A DNA stretch of 64,000 nt from Mustelus asterias (lineage: Eukaryota): assembly GCF_964213995.1 (NCBI RefSeq), contig NC_135808.1, positions 32,426,001 through 32,490,000 of the forward strand, given 5' to 3'. The notes below the pieces were generated by a model, which was not told the DNA's origin, ran no database searches, and worked only from the letters and a program-made list of their open reading frames with translations. A program made the translations under genes and the position numbers. Position 1 is the stretch's first letter; each line of letters opens with the position of its first letter. Positions 23,091 through 35,590 of the stretch are shown here, piece after piece.

Positions 23091-24290
23091 TGACTTGTGC
23101 CATTAGATGGTGAACATGTTTTGGGGAGTCAGGAAGTGGTTACTCACTGCAGGATCCCTAACCTCTGACCTGCTCTTGGAATCACAGTATTTACACAGCT
23201 AGTCCAGTTTTGTTTCTGGTCAATGGTCGCCCCCAGGATGTTGCTAATGGGGGATTCAGTCATGGTAATGCCATTGAATGTCAAGGGACGATGGTTAGAT
23301 TCTCTCTTGCTGGAGATGGTTGTTACCAAGCACTTGTGTGGCCCAAATATTACTTGCCAGTTTGTCCAAGCCTGGATATTGTCCAGGTCTGGCTGCATTT
23401 GAACATGGACTGCTTCAGTATCTGAGGAGTCATAATGCAGCTGAACATTGTGCAATCATCAGCGAACATCCCCACTTCTGACATTATCATAGAAGGCAGG
23501 TCATTGATGAAGCAGCTGAAGATGGTTGGGACTGGGACACTCCCCTGAGAAACTCCTGCAGTGATGCCCAGAGACTGAGATGATTGACCTTCAACCAGAC
23601 AACCATCTCTTGAACCATCTGCAAACATTCAATCCCTCCACCACTGATGCACAGTGGCAGCTGTGTGAACCAGCGACAAGATTCACTGCACAAACTCACC
23701 AAGGCTCCTTGTGCTAGTTATGATTCCAACCAGTGGAGTATTTTCCCCGATACCCATTGACTCCGGTTTTACGAGGGCTCCTTGGTGCCATACCTGGTCA
23801 AATGTCACCTTGATGTCAAAGGCTATCACACTCACCTCACCTCTGGAACTCAGCTCTTTTGTCCATGTTTGAACCAGGACTGTAATGAGGTCAGGAGCTG
23901 AGTGACCCTGGTGAAACCCAAACTGGGTGTCACTGAGCAGGTTATTGCTGAGTAAGTGCCGCTTGATGGCACTGTTGATGACCCCTTCATCACTTTGCTG
24001 ATGATTGACAATAGACTGATTGGGCTGTAATTGGCTGGGTTAAATTTGTCCTGTTTCTCGTGTACAGCACATACCTGGGCAATTTTATACATTGCCCGTG
24101 TTCCAGCTGTACTGGAACAGCTTGGCTCAGGGAGCAGCAAGTTCTGGAGCACGAGTCTTCAACACTATTGCCGGGATATTGTCCTTCCACACCAACACAC
24201 TCCCTTTATCAGCTTCTCCACACTTCTCATTACTGAGAAGCTGGTGAGCCTTCACCTCCAGCTCACTGGGAAATGTGTTGAAGTTTGATT
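23090..24290 (-). mobile_element. Degraded CR1/L2-group LINE ORF2
   Basis: NYSPISLLS, GVSQGSV, FINDLPS, MFADDCT. Confidence 0.8.
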
Positions 24291-24359
24291 CACTAAAGTT
24301 TGGACACGGCTTCCTCTCCTCTGTCTCTCGCACTGACATCTTCTTTTCTGTTAACAAGT

Positions 24360-27300
24360 CAATCAATACTGATGGAAAACAGTGAAGGGACGCAGAGATG
24401 GCCATAGACACAAGCTTTAGGAATACAGTTACTCCGAGGATTGAAAACAGATGGGTGATGGTGAGAGGGGCTGGGAGGAAGCAGTCCGTGCAGGGATCCC
24501 CGGTGGTCGTTCCCCTTAGCAACAAGTATTCCGCTTTGGATACGGTTGAGGGGGATGACATACCAGTGGGGAGCCGCAGTGAGAGGATCTCCAGCACTGT
24601 GTCCGTCTCTGTGGCTCGGGAGGGAAAGGGGGAGAGCGGGAGGGCGATAGTTATTGGGGACTCGTTAGTTAGAGGGATAGATAGGAGGTTCTGTGGCAGC
24701 AAAAGAGACTCACGGATGGTATGTTGCCTACCGGATGCCAAGGTCCGTGATGTCTCAGACCGTGTTTTCCAGATTCTGAAGGGGGAGGGGAAACAGTCAC
24801 AAGTCGTGGTGCACATTGGTACACATGACATAGGTAAGAGAAGGGACGGGGATTTAAAGCAGGAATTTCTGGAGCTGGGCTGGAAGCTGAGAGCCAAGAC
24901 GAAACATGTGGTCATCTCTGGTACGTTGCCGGTACCACGTGATAGCGAGTTGAGGAACAGGGAGAGAGTGCAGTTAAATATGTGGTTGCAGGGATGGTGT
25001 AGGAGGGAGGGTTTCAGATACGTGGATAATTGGAACACGTTCTGGGGAAGGTGGGACCTGTACAAACAGGACGGGGTGCACCTGAACCAGAGGGGCACCA
25101 ATATCCTCGGAGGGAAATTTGTTACGGCTCTTCAGGGGGGTTTAAACTAATTTGTCAGGGGAGTGGGAAAGGGAGTTGTCGTCCAGAAGTCAGTGAGGGT
25201 GGTGAGGCATTGGGGAAGGTATCAGGGTCAAGGGTGGGTACTGGTAGACAGGAAGGTGGGTTGAAGTGTGTCTACTTCAATGCAAGGAGCATCCGGAACA
25301 AGGTAGATGAACTTGGGGCGTGGATTGGTACTTGGGACTACGATGTTGTGGCCATTACGGAGACGTGGGTAGAACAAGGACAGGAATGGTTGTTGGACGT
25401 TCCGGGGTATAGATGTTTCACTAAGTGTAGGGAAGCTGGTAAAAGAGGTGGAGGAGTGGCATTGTTAATCAAGGATAGTTTAACGGCTGCGGAAAGGCAC
25501 TTCGTGGGGGATCTGCACACTGAGGTAATATGGGCTGAAGTTAGAAATAGGAAAGGAGCGGTCACGTTGCTAGGAGTTTCCTATAGGCCCCCAAATAGTA
25601 ATAGAGATGTGGAGGAAGAAATTGCTAAGCAGATTATGGATATGTGTGGGGGTCACAGGGTAGTTGTCATGGGGGACTTTAACTTTCCAAATATTGATTG
25701 GAACCTTTGTTGGTCAAATAGTTTGGATGGGGCAGTTTTTGTGCAGTGTGTGCGGGAGGGTTTCCTGACACAATATGTGGATGGGCCGACTAGAGGTGAG
25801 GCCACATTGGATTTGGTACTGGGAAATGAACCGGGCCAAATGTTAGATTTGGTTGTGGGAGAGCAATTTGGAGATAGTGACCACAATTCGGTGTCTTTTG
25901 TTATTGCAATGGAGAGGGATAGGGCCGTACGGCAGGGCAAGGTTTACAATTGGGGGAGGGGTAATTATGATGCGATTAGGCAAGAATTAGGGGGCATAAG
26001 TTGGGAACAGAAACTGTCAGAGAAAGGAACTAATGAAAAGTGGAATTTTTTCAAGGAACAAATACTGGATGTCCTTGATAGGTATGTTCCTGTCAGGCAG
26101 GGAGGAAATGGCCGAGTGAGGGAACCATGGTTCACAAAAGAGGTGGAATGTCTTGTGAAAAGGAAGAGGGAAGCTTATGTAGGGATGAGGAAACAAGGTT
26201 CAGATGGCTCGATTAAGGGTTACAAGTTAGCAAGGAATGAGCTGAAAAAGGGGCTAGGAGGGGACATGAGAAGTCCTTGGCGGGTCGGATCAAGGAAAAC
26301 CCCAAAGCTTTTTACTCTTATGTGAGGAATAAAAGAATGACCAGGGTGAGGTTAGGGCCGGTCAAGGACAGTAGTGGGAACTTGTGTATGGAGTCAGTAG
26401 AGATAGGCGAGGTGATGAATGAATACTTTTCTTCAGTGTTCACCAAGGAGAGGGGCCATGTTTTTGAGGAAGAGAAGGTGTTACAGGCTAATAGGCTGGA
26501 GGAAATAGATGTTCGGAGGGAGGATGTCTTGGCAGTTTTGAATAAACTGAAGGTCGATAAGTCCCCTGGGCCTGATGAAATGTATCCTAGGATTCTTTGG
26601 GAGGCAAGGGATGAGATTGCAGAGCCTTTGGCGTTGATCTTTGGGTCCTCGCTGTCCACGGGGATGGTGCCAGAGGACTGGAGAATGGCGAATGTTGTTC
26701 CTCTGTTTAAGAAAGGGAATAGAAATGACCCTGGTAATTATAGACCGGTTAGTCTTACTTCGGTGGTTGGTAAATTGATGGAAAGGGTCCTTAGGGATGG
26801 GATTTACGGCCATTTAGAAAGATGCGGATTAATCCGAGATAGTCAGCACGGATTCGTGAAGGGCAAGTCGTGCCTCACAAATTTGATAGAATTTTTTGAG
26901 GAGGTAACTAAGTGTGTTGATGAAGGTAGGGCAGTTGATGTCATATACATGGATTTTAGTAAGGCGTTTGATAAGGTCCCCCATGGTCGGCTTATGATGA
27001 AAGTGAGGAGGTGTGGGATAGAGGGAAAGTTGGCCGATTGGATAGGCAACTGGCTGTCTGACCGAAGACAGAGGGTGGTGGTCGATGGAAAATTTTCGGA
27101 TTGGAGGCAGGTTGCTAGCGGTGTGCCGCAGGGATCAGTGCTTGGTCCTCTGCTCTTTGTGATTTTTATTAATGACTTAGAGGAGGGGGCTGAAGGGTGG
27201 ATCAGTAAATTTGCTGATGACACCAAGATTGGTGGAGTAGTGGATGAGGTGGAGGGCTGTTGTAGGCTGCAAAGAGACATAGATAGGATGCAAAGCTGGG

Positions 27301-28118
27301 CTGAAAAATGGCAAATGGAGTTTAACCCTGATAAATGTGAGGTGATTCATTTTGGTAGGACAAATTTAAATGTGGATTACAGGGTCAAAGGTAGGGTTCT
27401 GAAGACTGTGGAGGAACAGAGAGATCTTGGGGTCCATATCCACAGATCTCTAAAGGTTGCCACTCAAGTGGATAGAGCTGTGAAGAAGGCCTGGAGTGTG
27501 TTAGCTTTTATTAACAGGGGGTTGGAGTTTAAGAGCCGTGGGGTTATGCTGCAACTGTACAGGACCTTGGTGAGACCACATTTGGAATATTGTGTGCAGT
27601 TCTGGTCACCTCACTATAGGAAGGATGTGGAAGCGCTGGAAGGAGTGCAGAGGAGATTTACCAGAATGCTGCCTGGTTTGGAGGGTAGGTCATATGAGGA
27701 AAGGTTGAGGGAGCTAGGGCTATTCTCTCTGGAGCGGAGGAGGCTGAGGGGAGACTTGATAGAGGTGTATAAAATGATGAAGGGGATAGATAGAGTGAAC
27801 GTTCAAAGACTATTTCCTCGGGTGGATGGAGCTATTACAAGGGGGCATAACTATAGGGTTCGTGGTGGGAGATACAGGACGGATATCAGAGGTAGGTTCT
27901 TTACGCAGAGAGTGGTTGGGGTGTGGAATGGACTGCCTGCAGTGATAGTGGAGTCAGACACTTTAGAAACATTTAAGCGGTTATTGGATAGGCACATGGA
28001 GCACACCAGGATGATAGGGAGTGGGATAGCTTGATCTTGGTTTCAGATAAAGCTCGGCACAACATCGTGGGCCGAAGGGCCTGTTCTGTGCTGTACTGTT
28101 CTATGTTCTATGTTCTAT
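24360..28118 (+). mobile_element. Near full-length CR1 LINE (ORF1 esterase 24398-25150; ORF2 to 28034 with one frameshift near 26270)
   Basis: VIGDSLVRG, HIGTHDIG, DGVHLN; APE and RT motifs intact; (TTCTATG)n tail. Confidence 0.96.
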
Positions 28119-28351
28119 GACATTTGGTCTGAACTCAGCCAGTTCACATTGGATTGAACCTCAACAACTGCCCATTCCAATCGTCACAAGCTGCTGAGTG
28201 ATTGAATTCAACCTTTCCTGTGAAATCAGTGAAGAAGAATTCAGGCAAGTCAAACACTGACAATTATTTATTGATTACAAATCACAGTTATCAGGATCAC
28301 AGTGAAACACTGATTAAAGACTTTTCTCCATCAATTTATTATAGCTTAAAG

Positions 28352-28970
28352 TTTATTTATTAGGGTCACAAGGAGGCTTACAGTAACGCTGCAATGAAGT
28401 TACTGTGAAAATCCCCCAGTCGCCACACTCCAGCACCTGTTCCTTTACACCGAGGGAGAATTTAGCATGGCCAATGCACCTAACCAGCACGTCTTTCGGA
28501 CTGTGGGAGGAAACCGGAGCACCTGGAGTCATCGAGTCAGAGAGGTTCACAGCATGGAAACAGGCCCTTCAGCCCAACTTGTCCACGCACCCAGTTTTTA
28601 CCATTAAGCTAGTTTAGCCCACCGCCCTTTATCCCAATCTTACCCTTGTAACTGTCCAAATGCTTTTTAAAAGACAAAATTGTACCTGCCTCTGCTACTT
28701 CTGGCAGCTGGTTCCAGCCACTCACCACCCTCTGTGTGAAAACATTGCTTCTCTCAACCCTTTTGTATCTTTCACCTCTCACCTTAAACTTTTGCCCTCT
28801 AGTTTTAGACTCCCTTACTTTTACGAAAAGGTGTTGACTATCTACCTTATCTATGCCCCTCATTATTTTGTAGACCTCGATAAGATCACCCCGAAGCCTC
28901 CTACGCTCCAGTGAAAAAAGTCCTAGTCTATCTCGCCTCTCCTTGTCACTCAAACCATCAAATCCCAGTA
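28352..28970 (-). mobile_element. SINE fragment (28352-28525) and adjacent CR1 3' fragment (28525-28970)
   Basis: SINE core reverse-complemented; LGLFSLERRRLRGDLIEVYK. Confidence 0.85.
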
Positions 28971-29781
28971 AGTCCTATGGTCACACAGTAGTTAGCATTG
29001 GTGCCTCACAGCGCCAGGCAAAAGTACATTTTTGAACACATCAAACATCTGTATAAGAGCAAAATGGACTGTTGTCTATCAATATAAAATCTGACATTCT
29101 GCAGTGTCTCATTACACTCAGAATTACAATTTGTATGAACAATATAAATTTCTTAGCAATCGTTCACACTGGGAGATTTGACATGTTTTTCAGCCACTCT
29201 CTGTAGCTATGATGGGAGGGTCTTAGTCAGAGGTCTTTCCCCATGGAGTGTCTCCAGTAGCTGCCCCAAGCTGTGTTGTATCCCTCACCAGTATTCCTGG
29301 ATCTTGCAATGCGACAATCTGAAACCCTCAGTCATGGAGAACCCTTTGCCCTGGAAGAGCTGAGAGTTTCAGGCTGATTTTCACTGAGTTGATGGTCCTC
29401 CAGCAGGAGACGGTGTTTATCTCAGTGTGTGCTCCTGGGAACAGCCTGTACAGCGCAGAGTCCCTGTATAAAGGAGCTGTCGGGATGAACACTCTGTGAC
29501 TGTGTGGGAATTCAGCAGATCAACTTTCACTTTCCTTCATCTCTCACAACTTATAAAGTGAAGTGGAAAACTGCCCAGCACCAGAAAGGTGTTTCCAACA
29601 TCCTGATTGTCTTCTCCATTACCGGACGTATCACAGAGTCTTTTATACTGAGTCCAAAAAGTCTTGATCAAAATCCGCGAACATTTAAAGATATTTAAAA
29701 CTCTGAGCAATCAGAAAGTGAGAAAAGTGCACAAAATGTGAATGTATTTCATTCCCAACAATCTGTCCCTCAGTCACTGAC

Positions 29782-29814
29782 TGGGAGCTGTTGTGTACGT
29801 CCCACTTGGTGAAT
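29782..29814 (-). CDS. Gene B cytoplasmic exon (33 nt, DSPSGTYTTAP); reads through to TGA 29774-29776 if the GTCAGT donor is unused
   Basis: TTTATTTTACTTCTGCAG acceptor, phase 1, Tyr motif resembling the class I cytoplasmic GxYxxA. Confidence 0.65.
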
Positions 29815-29994
29815 CTGCAGAAGTAAAATAAATGTCAGTTAGAAGGGGGAATAATCCATTCTCAGAGAGTGAGAACACAACAAGTGTGAGGGAATGGAGA
29901 TTGTGTGAGAAATACTCATTCTCACACTCCCCTCCATCCTTACACTTTATGGAGATCCTGTAGATCTCTTCCATTCCATCCATATTCAGTAGGC

Positions 29995-30700
29995 AGAGGG
30001 ATCTAGGTGTATGTGTGCATAGATCCCTGAAAGTTGGGAATCAAGTAGATAAGGTTGTTAAGAAGGCATATGGTGTCTTGGCGTTTATTGGTAGGGGGAT
30101 TGAATTTAGGAGTCGTAGCGTTATGTTGCAACTGTACACAACTCTGGTGCGGCCGCACTTGGAGTACTGTGTGCAGTTCTGGTCCCCACATTACAGGAAG
30201 GATGTGGAGGCTTTGGAGAGGGTGCAGAGGAGGTTTACCAGGATGTTGCCTGGTATGGAGGGGAGATCCTATGAGGAGAGGCTGAGGGATTTGGGATTGT
30301 TTTCGCTGGAAAGGCGGCGGCTAAGAGGGGATCTTATTGAAACATATAAGATGATTAGAGGTTTAGATAGGGTGGATAGTGATAGCCTTTTTCCTCTGAT
30401 GGAGAAATCCAGCACGAGGGGGCATGGCTTTAAATTGAGGGGGGGTAGTTATAGAACCGATGTCAGGGGTAGGTTCTTTACCCAGAGGGTGGTGAGGGAT
30501 TGGAATGCCCTGCCAGCATCAGTAGTAAATGCGCCTAGTTTGGGGGCGTTTAAGAGATCCGTAGATAGGTACATGGACGAAAAGAAATTGGTTTAGGTTG
30601 GAGGGTCACAGTTTTTTTTTTAACTGGTCGGTGCAACATCGTGGGCCGAAGGGCCTGTTCTGCGCTGTAATGTTCTATGTTCTATGTTCTATGTTCTATG
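29995..30700 (+). mobile_element. CR1 3' fragment in the gene B TM-cytoplasmic intron
   Basis: Intact C-terminal ORF2 motifs and (TTCTATG)n tail. Confidence 0.93.
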
Positions 30701-30922
30701 ATGTGAGTGTGTGCGGTGGCTTTAATGATCAATATTACACCTGGTCTGGGCTGATCACACAAAGGAAGATCAGACAGGCAACAAGATGTGTTTATACGTG
30801 TGTATCTGTGTGTGGGAATTAAATCCGTTCATTCAACACAGTGTCCTGTACTCCCAGTACTGGAGATTCCCCACACTCACTCTGTCCCCTCTGTTCTACA
30901 TTCCCCTCTCTCTGATTCTTAC

Positions 30923-31033
30923 CTCTCCGTTGTCTTTTCCAGATGATTATTCCGAATATAACAGCCAGTGCTGGGATCACTGATCCGATTATAATTCCAA
31001 GATGGGAGCGTCCCCAACTGTTTTCCGGGATTT
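30923..31033 (-). CDS. Gene B connecting peptide/transmembrane exon (EIPENSWGRSHLGIIIGSVIPALAVIFGIIIWKRQRR)
   Basis: TGTGTTTCAG acceptor, GTAAGA donor, 111 nt, ~21-residue hydrophobic stretch followed by a basic stop-transfer sequence. Confidence 0.88.
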
Positions 31034-31776
31034 CTGAAACACAATTGAATAATATGAGGATTGTCTCTGTTCCCAGATCCATTCCCAGTTCTCTGTTCAT
31101 TGGGGACAATTGGAACTGAAGCTGCCCATTGGGAATTGATGGGATTGGCTGAAATGCTGGTTTTACCCTCGCCTCCATTTCACTCTCCAGTGAAGTGACG
31201 AAAGATTCCCATTGATGGTGGTGTCAAAGCCGTGTTATCCCAATCCCATAGGATACCTTCCTGGCCAGTTCAGTTCTAATTCTCCCCAATGTCTGTGTGT
31301 CCTGTCCTTGTTCAATCCCCAGGGTTACATTGTACGGCCCAGGAGGCAGCATCACTGATGTTTTCACATCAAACTTCAAAGGGATGAGGAATAAACTGAT
31401 CGCTGGAAACTGGGCTGAGCTGAGAATGAGGAAATCCACAGATAAACAGAGCAAATGCTTCAAAAGAAGCACTTGGTCCAATCCAGCAGCAGGACTTTGT
31501 CCTAAACAACTGCACTGACCCCACCATGGTCAACACATGGAATAAGTGAGAGAATCCAACTCAAAGAAAAGACTTCACAAAATGTCCAGAGATTGAGTTC
31601 CAGACACTGAGACAAGTATCAGCTGGTCAAAGAGAGACAGGATGGATTGTGAAGGGAATCTCATGTCTGCCTCATCTCAGTGAGTGTGATGAGGAGCACA
31701 ATAACATGGTGGAGAAGGGAGTGTCTATGGACCTGCAGGGAACACGCACACACAGTACAGTTCGACAGTTCCTTAC

Positions 31777-32415
31777 CCGACTGATGGAGCTTGGGCTCTG
31801 CCAGGCTGCTGTGTTCAATTCGACAGGAGTATTGATCCTCATCCCCAGCATTTATTTCAATCTCTTTCTGGATCTGATGGGTCCCATCGTGGTTCGGTCG
31901 AACCCCCGAGGATAGTGTCTCAGACATTACCTCTCCATTCCTTAGCCAGTTCACCTCGATGTCTACAGGATAAAAGCCAGTAACCAGGCAGGAGAGAGTG
32001 AGCGACTTGTACTGACTATTGGGTTCACTATTGGGCGGCATGGTAGCACAGTGCTTAGCACTGCTGCTTCACAGCTCCAGGGTCCTGGGTTCGATTCCCG
32101 GCTCGGGTCACTGTCTGTGTGGAGTTTGCACATTCTCCTCGTGTCTGCGTGGGTTTCCTCCGGGTGCTCCGGTTTCCTCCCACAGCCCAAAGATGTGCGG
32201 GTTAGGTTGATTGGCCAGGTTAAGAAAAAAATTGCCCCTTAGAGTCCTGGGATGTGTAGGTTAGAGGGATTAGCGGGTAAATATGTGGGGGTAGGGCCTG
32301 GGTGGGATTGTGGTCGGTGCGGACTCGATGGGCCGAATGGCCTCCTTCTGCACTGTAGGGTTTCTATGACTTCTATGACTTCTATGACTTCTGGAGATGA
32401 AGACTTCAGGCTGAA
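31777..32415 (-). CDS. Gene B alpha3 (Ig C1) exon, 279 nt plus 360-nt SINE insertion
   Basis: LSCLVTGFYP, VNW, PNHDGTHQ, YSCRIEHSSL; 275/279 nt identical to gene C alpha3 once 32030-32389 is removed. Confidence 0.95.
32030..32389 (+). mobile_element. tRNA-derived SINE inserted antisense into the gene B alpha3 exon
   Basis: Full SINE from GGGCGGCA to the (TTCTATGAC)n tail; gene C shows the empty site. Confidence 0.95.
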
Positions 32416-32532
32416 CTGTCATGGGAAAGGGTGAAAACACAAACAATAAACCCACACTGAATGGAATGGGAGAACAGTTTGATAGATCAGTGAAGTTAGA
32501 TCAGAACATGGGCTCAAAACTGAATTCAACAC

Positions 32533-32808
32533 CTTTCCTTTTAAGACATTCCTTTCCAAAGTGTAAACGTAGTTTTAAACGTTCAATCAATTCTACTTCC
32601 AACTGCCATTTCCAAAACTTGTTCCAGGATTCGTCCGAATCCCATTTCTCCATGGTTTTCACTGCCATGTGATTGGATGCGACCCATCTCATTCTGTCTG
32701 GCTCTAAACTAATATAGTCCTTTCCATCAAATCCAAACCGCATCGACCTCTTAATGGAGCCGTCTTCAGTGGCCTCAACAGACCGAATCAATTGAAGAAC
32801 GTGAATTC
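32533..32808 (-). CDS. Gene B alpha2 exon (92 codons)
   Basis: CTGACAG acceptor, GTGTTG donor; GIHVLQ...FGFDGKDYISL...W...TMEKW; no Cys101 or Cys164. Confidence 0.93.
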
Positions 32809-32939
32809 CTGTCAGTAACAAATTAATCAATAATTATTTTAAAATTTTGGCAGGAGAGTCCAAATGGATTTTAGTATCAAACAGAAATGGGGATTTGTCA
32901 CTGTGCGATCAGAAGGGAAAGGGATTTAGTATCAGATAG

Positions 32940-33240
32940 ATAGAACTATTAAATCCCTGCAGTATAGAAGAAGGCCATTTGGCCATCGAATCTTCACCGA
33001 CTGTGTGAATGGAAAGACCATTTTACCCAGGCCCACCCCAGAAATATCCCTGTAACCTCACACATTTACCATAGCTAATCCACCTAACCTGCACATCTTT
33101 GGACAGTGGGAGGAAACTGGAGCACCCAGAGGAAACCCACACAGACACGGGGAGAAAGTGCAAACTCCACACAGACAGTTATCCAAGGCCAGAATTGAAC
33201 CCAGGTCGCTGGCACAGTGAGGCAGCAGTGCTAACCAGCT
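32940..33240 (-). mobile_element. tRNA-derived SINE
   Basis: Reverse-complemented SINE core and B box. Confidence 0.85.
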
Positions 33241-33479
33241 TTTTGGCCTCTTCTCGGCTCGCCACGCTCGTCAACTGGTGCAACGGGCTGTAAGATCGAG
33301 CCTGAAGTGTAAATTGACATTGTTATTTATTCATTAGTAAGTGTGTAGAAGACAATGTGCCAAAGAAGCAAATCCGTGTGTTCCCCAACCGGAAACCATG
33401 GATGAACAGGGATATCCACTGCTTGCTGAAGTCCAGGTCTGAGATGTTCAAGTCAGGCGACCCTGACTGATACAAGAAA

Positions 33480-33970
33480 TGATGTGGAGATGCCGGCGTT
33501 GGACTGGGGTAAACACAGTAAGAAGTTTAACAACACCAGGTTAAAGTCCAACAGGTTTATTTGGTAGCTAAAGCCACACAAGCTTTCGGAGCTCCAAACC
33601 CCTTCTTCAGGTGAGTGGGAATTCTGTTCACAAACAGAGCATATAAAGACACAGACTCAATTTACATGAATAATGGTTGGAATGCGAATACTTACAGCGA
33701 ATCAAGTCTTTAAGAAACAAAACAATGTGAGTGGAGAGAGCATCAAGACAGGCTAAAAAGATGTGTATTGTCTCCAGACAAGACAGCCAGTGAAACTCTG
33801 CAGGTCCACGCAACTGTGGGAGTTACAAATAGTGTGACATGAACCCAATATCCCGGTTGAGCCCGTCCTCGTGTGTGCGGAACTTGGCTATCAGTTTCTG
33901 CTCAGCGACTCTGCGCCGTCGTGTGTCGCGAAGGCCGCCTTGGAGAACGCTTACCCGAATATCAGAGGCC
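33480..33970 (-). mobile_element. Penelope-like element 3' fragment (GIY-YIG C-terminus and terminal repeat)
   Basis: Reverse translation ...RRRVAEQKLIAKFRTHEDGLNRDIGFMSHYL*; hammerhead-like CTGAAGA...CGAAA at 33580-33610. Confidence 0.8.
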
Positions 33971-33989
33971 AAATGTCCGGTCACGGGTT

Positions 33990-35590
33990 GGGCAAGTGTT
34001 GGGCAAGCTCATGGGGCTAAAGGTAGACAAGTCTCCTGGCCCTGATGGAATGCATCCCAGGGAACTAAAAGAGATGGCGGGGGAAATAGCAAATGCTAGT
34101 GGTAATTTACCAAAATTCGCTGGATTCTGGGGTGGTTCCCGCAGATTGGAAAACAGCAAATGTGACGCCGCTGTTTAAAAAAGGAGGTAGACAAAAGGTG
34201 AGTAACAATAGGCTGGTTCGCTTAACTTCTGTTGCAGGGAAAATGCTTGAATCTATCATCAAGGAAGAAATAGTGAACTTCTGGATATAAATTGTCCCAT
34301 TGGTAAGACGCAATGAAAGGCAGGTCATGTTTGACTAATTTGGTGGAATTCTTTGAGAACATTACATGTGCAGTGGACAATGGGGAACCTGTGGATGTGG
34401 TGTATCTGGATTTCCAGAAGGCATTTGACAAGGTGCCGCACCAAAGGCTGCTGCATAAGATAAAGGTGCACGGTGTTACGGGTCTTATGGTCTTAATGTA
34501 TTAGCATGGATAGAGGATTGGTTAACGAACAGAAAGCAAAGAGAGGGGGTAAATGGGTGTTTTTCTGGCGATCAGTGACTAGTGGTGCGCCTCAGGGATC
34601 AGTGTTGGGACTGCAATTGTTTACGATTTACATAGATGATTTAGAGTTGGGGACCAAGTGCAGTGTGTCAAAATTCGCAGATGACACAAAGATGAGTGGC
34701 AGAGCAAAGTGTGCAGATGATACTGAAAGTCTGCAAAGATAGATAGTCTAAATGAGTGGTCAAGGGTCTGGGCAAGAGTACAATGTTGGTAAATGTGAGA
34801 TCATCTATTTTGGTAGGAACAACAGCAAAATGGACTATTATTTAAATGGTAAAAAATTGCAGCATGCTGCTGTGCAGAGGGACCTGGGTGTCCTTGTGCA
34901 GGAATCTCAAGGAGTTGGTTTGCAGGTGCAGCAGGTAATTAAGAAGGCAAATGGAAATTTGTCCTTCATTGCTCGAGGGATGGTGTTGAAAAACAGCGAG
35001 GTTATGTTGCAGCTATATAAGGTGCTGGTAAGGCCACACCTGGAGTACTGTGTACAGTTCTGGTCTCCTTACTTGAGAAGGGATATAGTGGCACTCGAGG
35101 GGATGCAGAGGAGATTCACGAGGTTGATTCTGGAGTTGAGAGGGTTGGCTTATGAGAAGAGACTGAGTAGACTGGGGCTATACTCATTGAAATTCAGAAG
35201 AATGAGGGGAGATCTTATCGAAACATATGAGATTATGAAGGGAATATATAAGATAGAAGCAGGGAAGTTGTTTCCACTGGCGGGTGAAACTAGAACGAGG
35301 GAGCATGGCCTCAAAATAAGGGGGAGCAGATTTAGGACTGAGTTGAGGAGGAACTTCTTCACACAAAGGGTTGTGAGTCTGTGGAATTCCCTGCCCAGTG
35401 AAGCAGTTGAGGCTACCTCATTGAATGTTTTTAAGGCAAGGATAGATAAATTTTTGAACAGTAAAGGAATTAAGGGTTATGGTGAGTCCACGTGGAGCTG
35501 AGTCCATGAAAAGATCAGCCATGATCTTATTGAATGGCGGAGCAGGCTCGAGGGGCCAGGTGGTCTACTCCTGCACCTAGTTCTTATGTT
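33990..35590 (+). mobile_element. CR1 LINE ORF2, truncated and frameshifted
   Basis: KSPGPDG, DFQKAFDKVPH, FADD, RPHLEYC. Confidence 0.93.

Noticed and set aside
29417-29499. Possible final coding exon of gene B, with a poly(A) signal at 28267-28272
   Set aside because: Weak acceptor and no paralogous copy in the window to confirm it
32033-32110. tRNA-like A and B boxes here and at other SINE heads
   Set aside because: They are SINE promoters, not tRNA genes
33238-33312. Short pieces resembling the U2 snRNA 5' end (CTTCTCGGC, TTTTGGC, TAAGATC, AAGTGTA)
   Set aside because: Out of order and interrupted; not a U2 gene, and chance cannot be excluded
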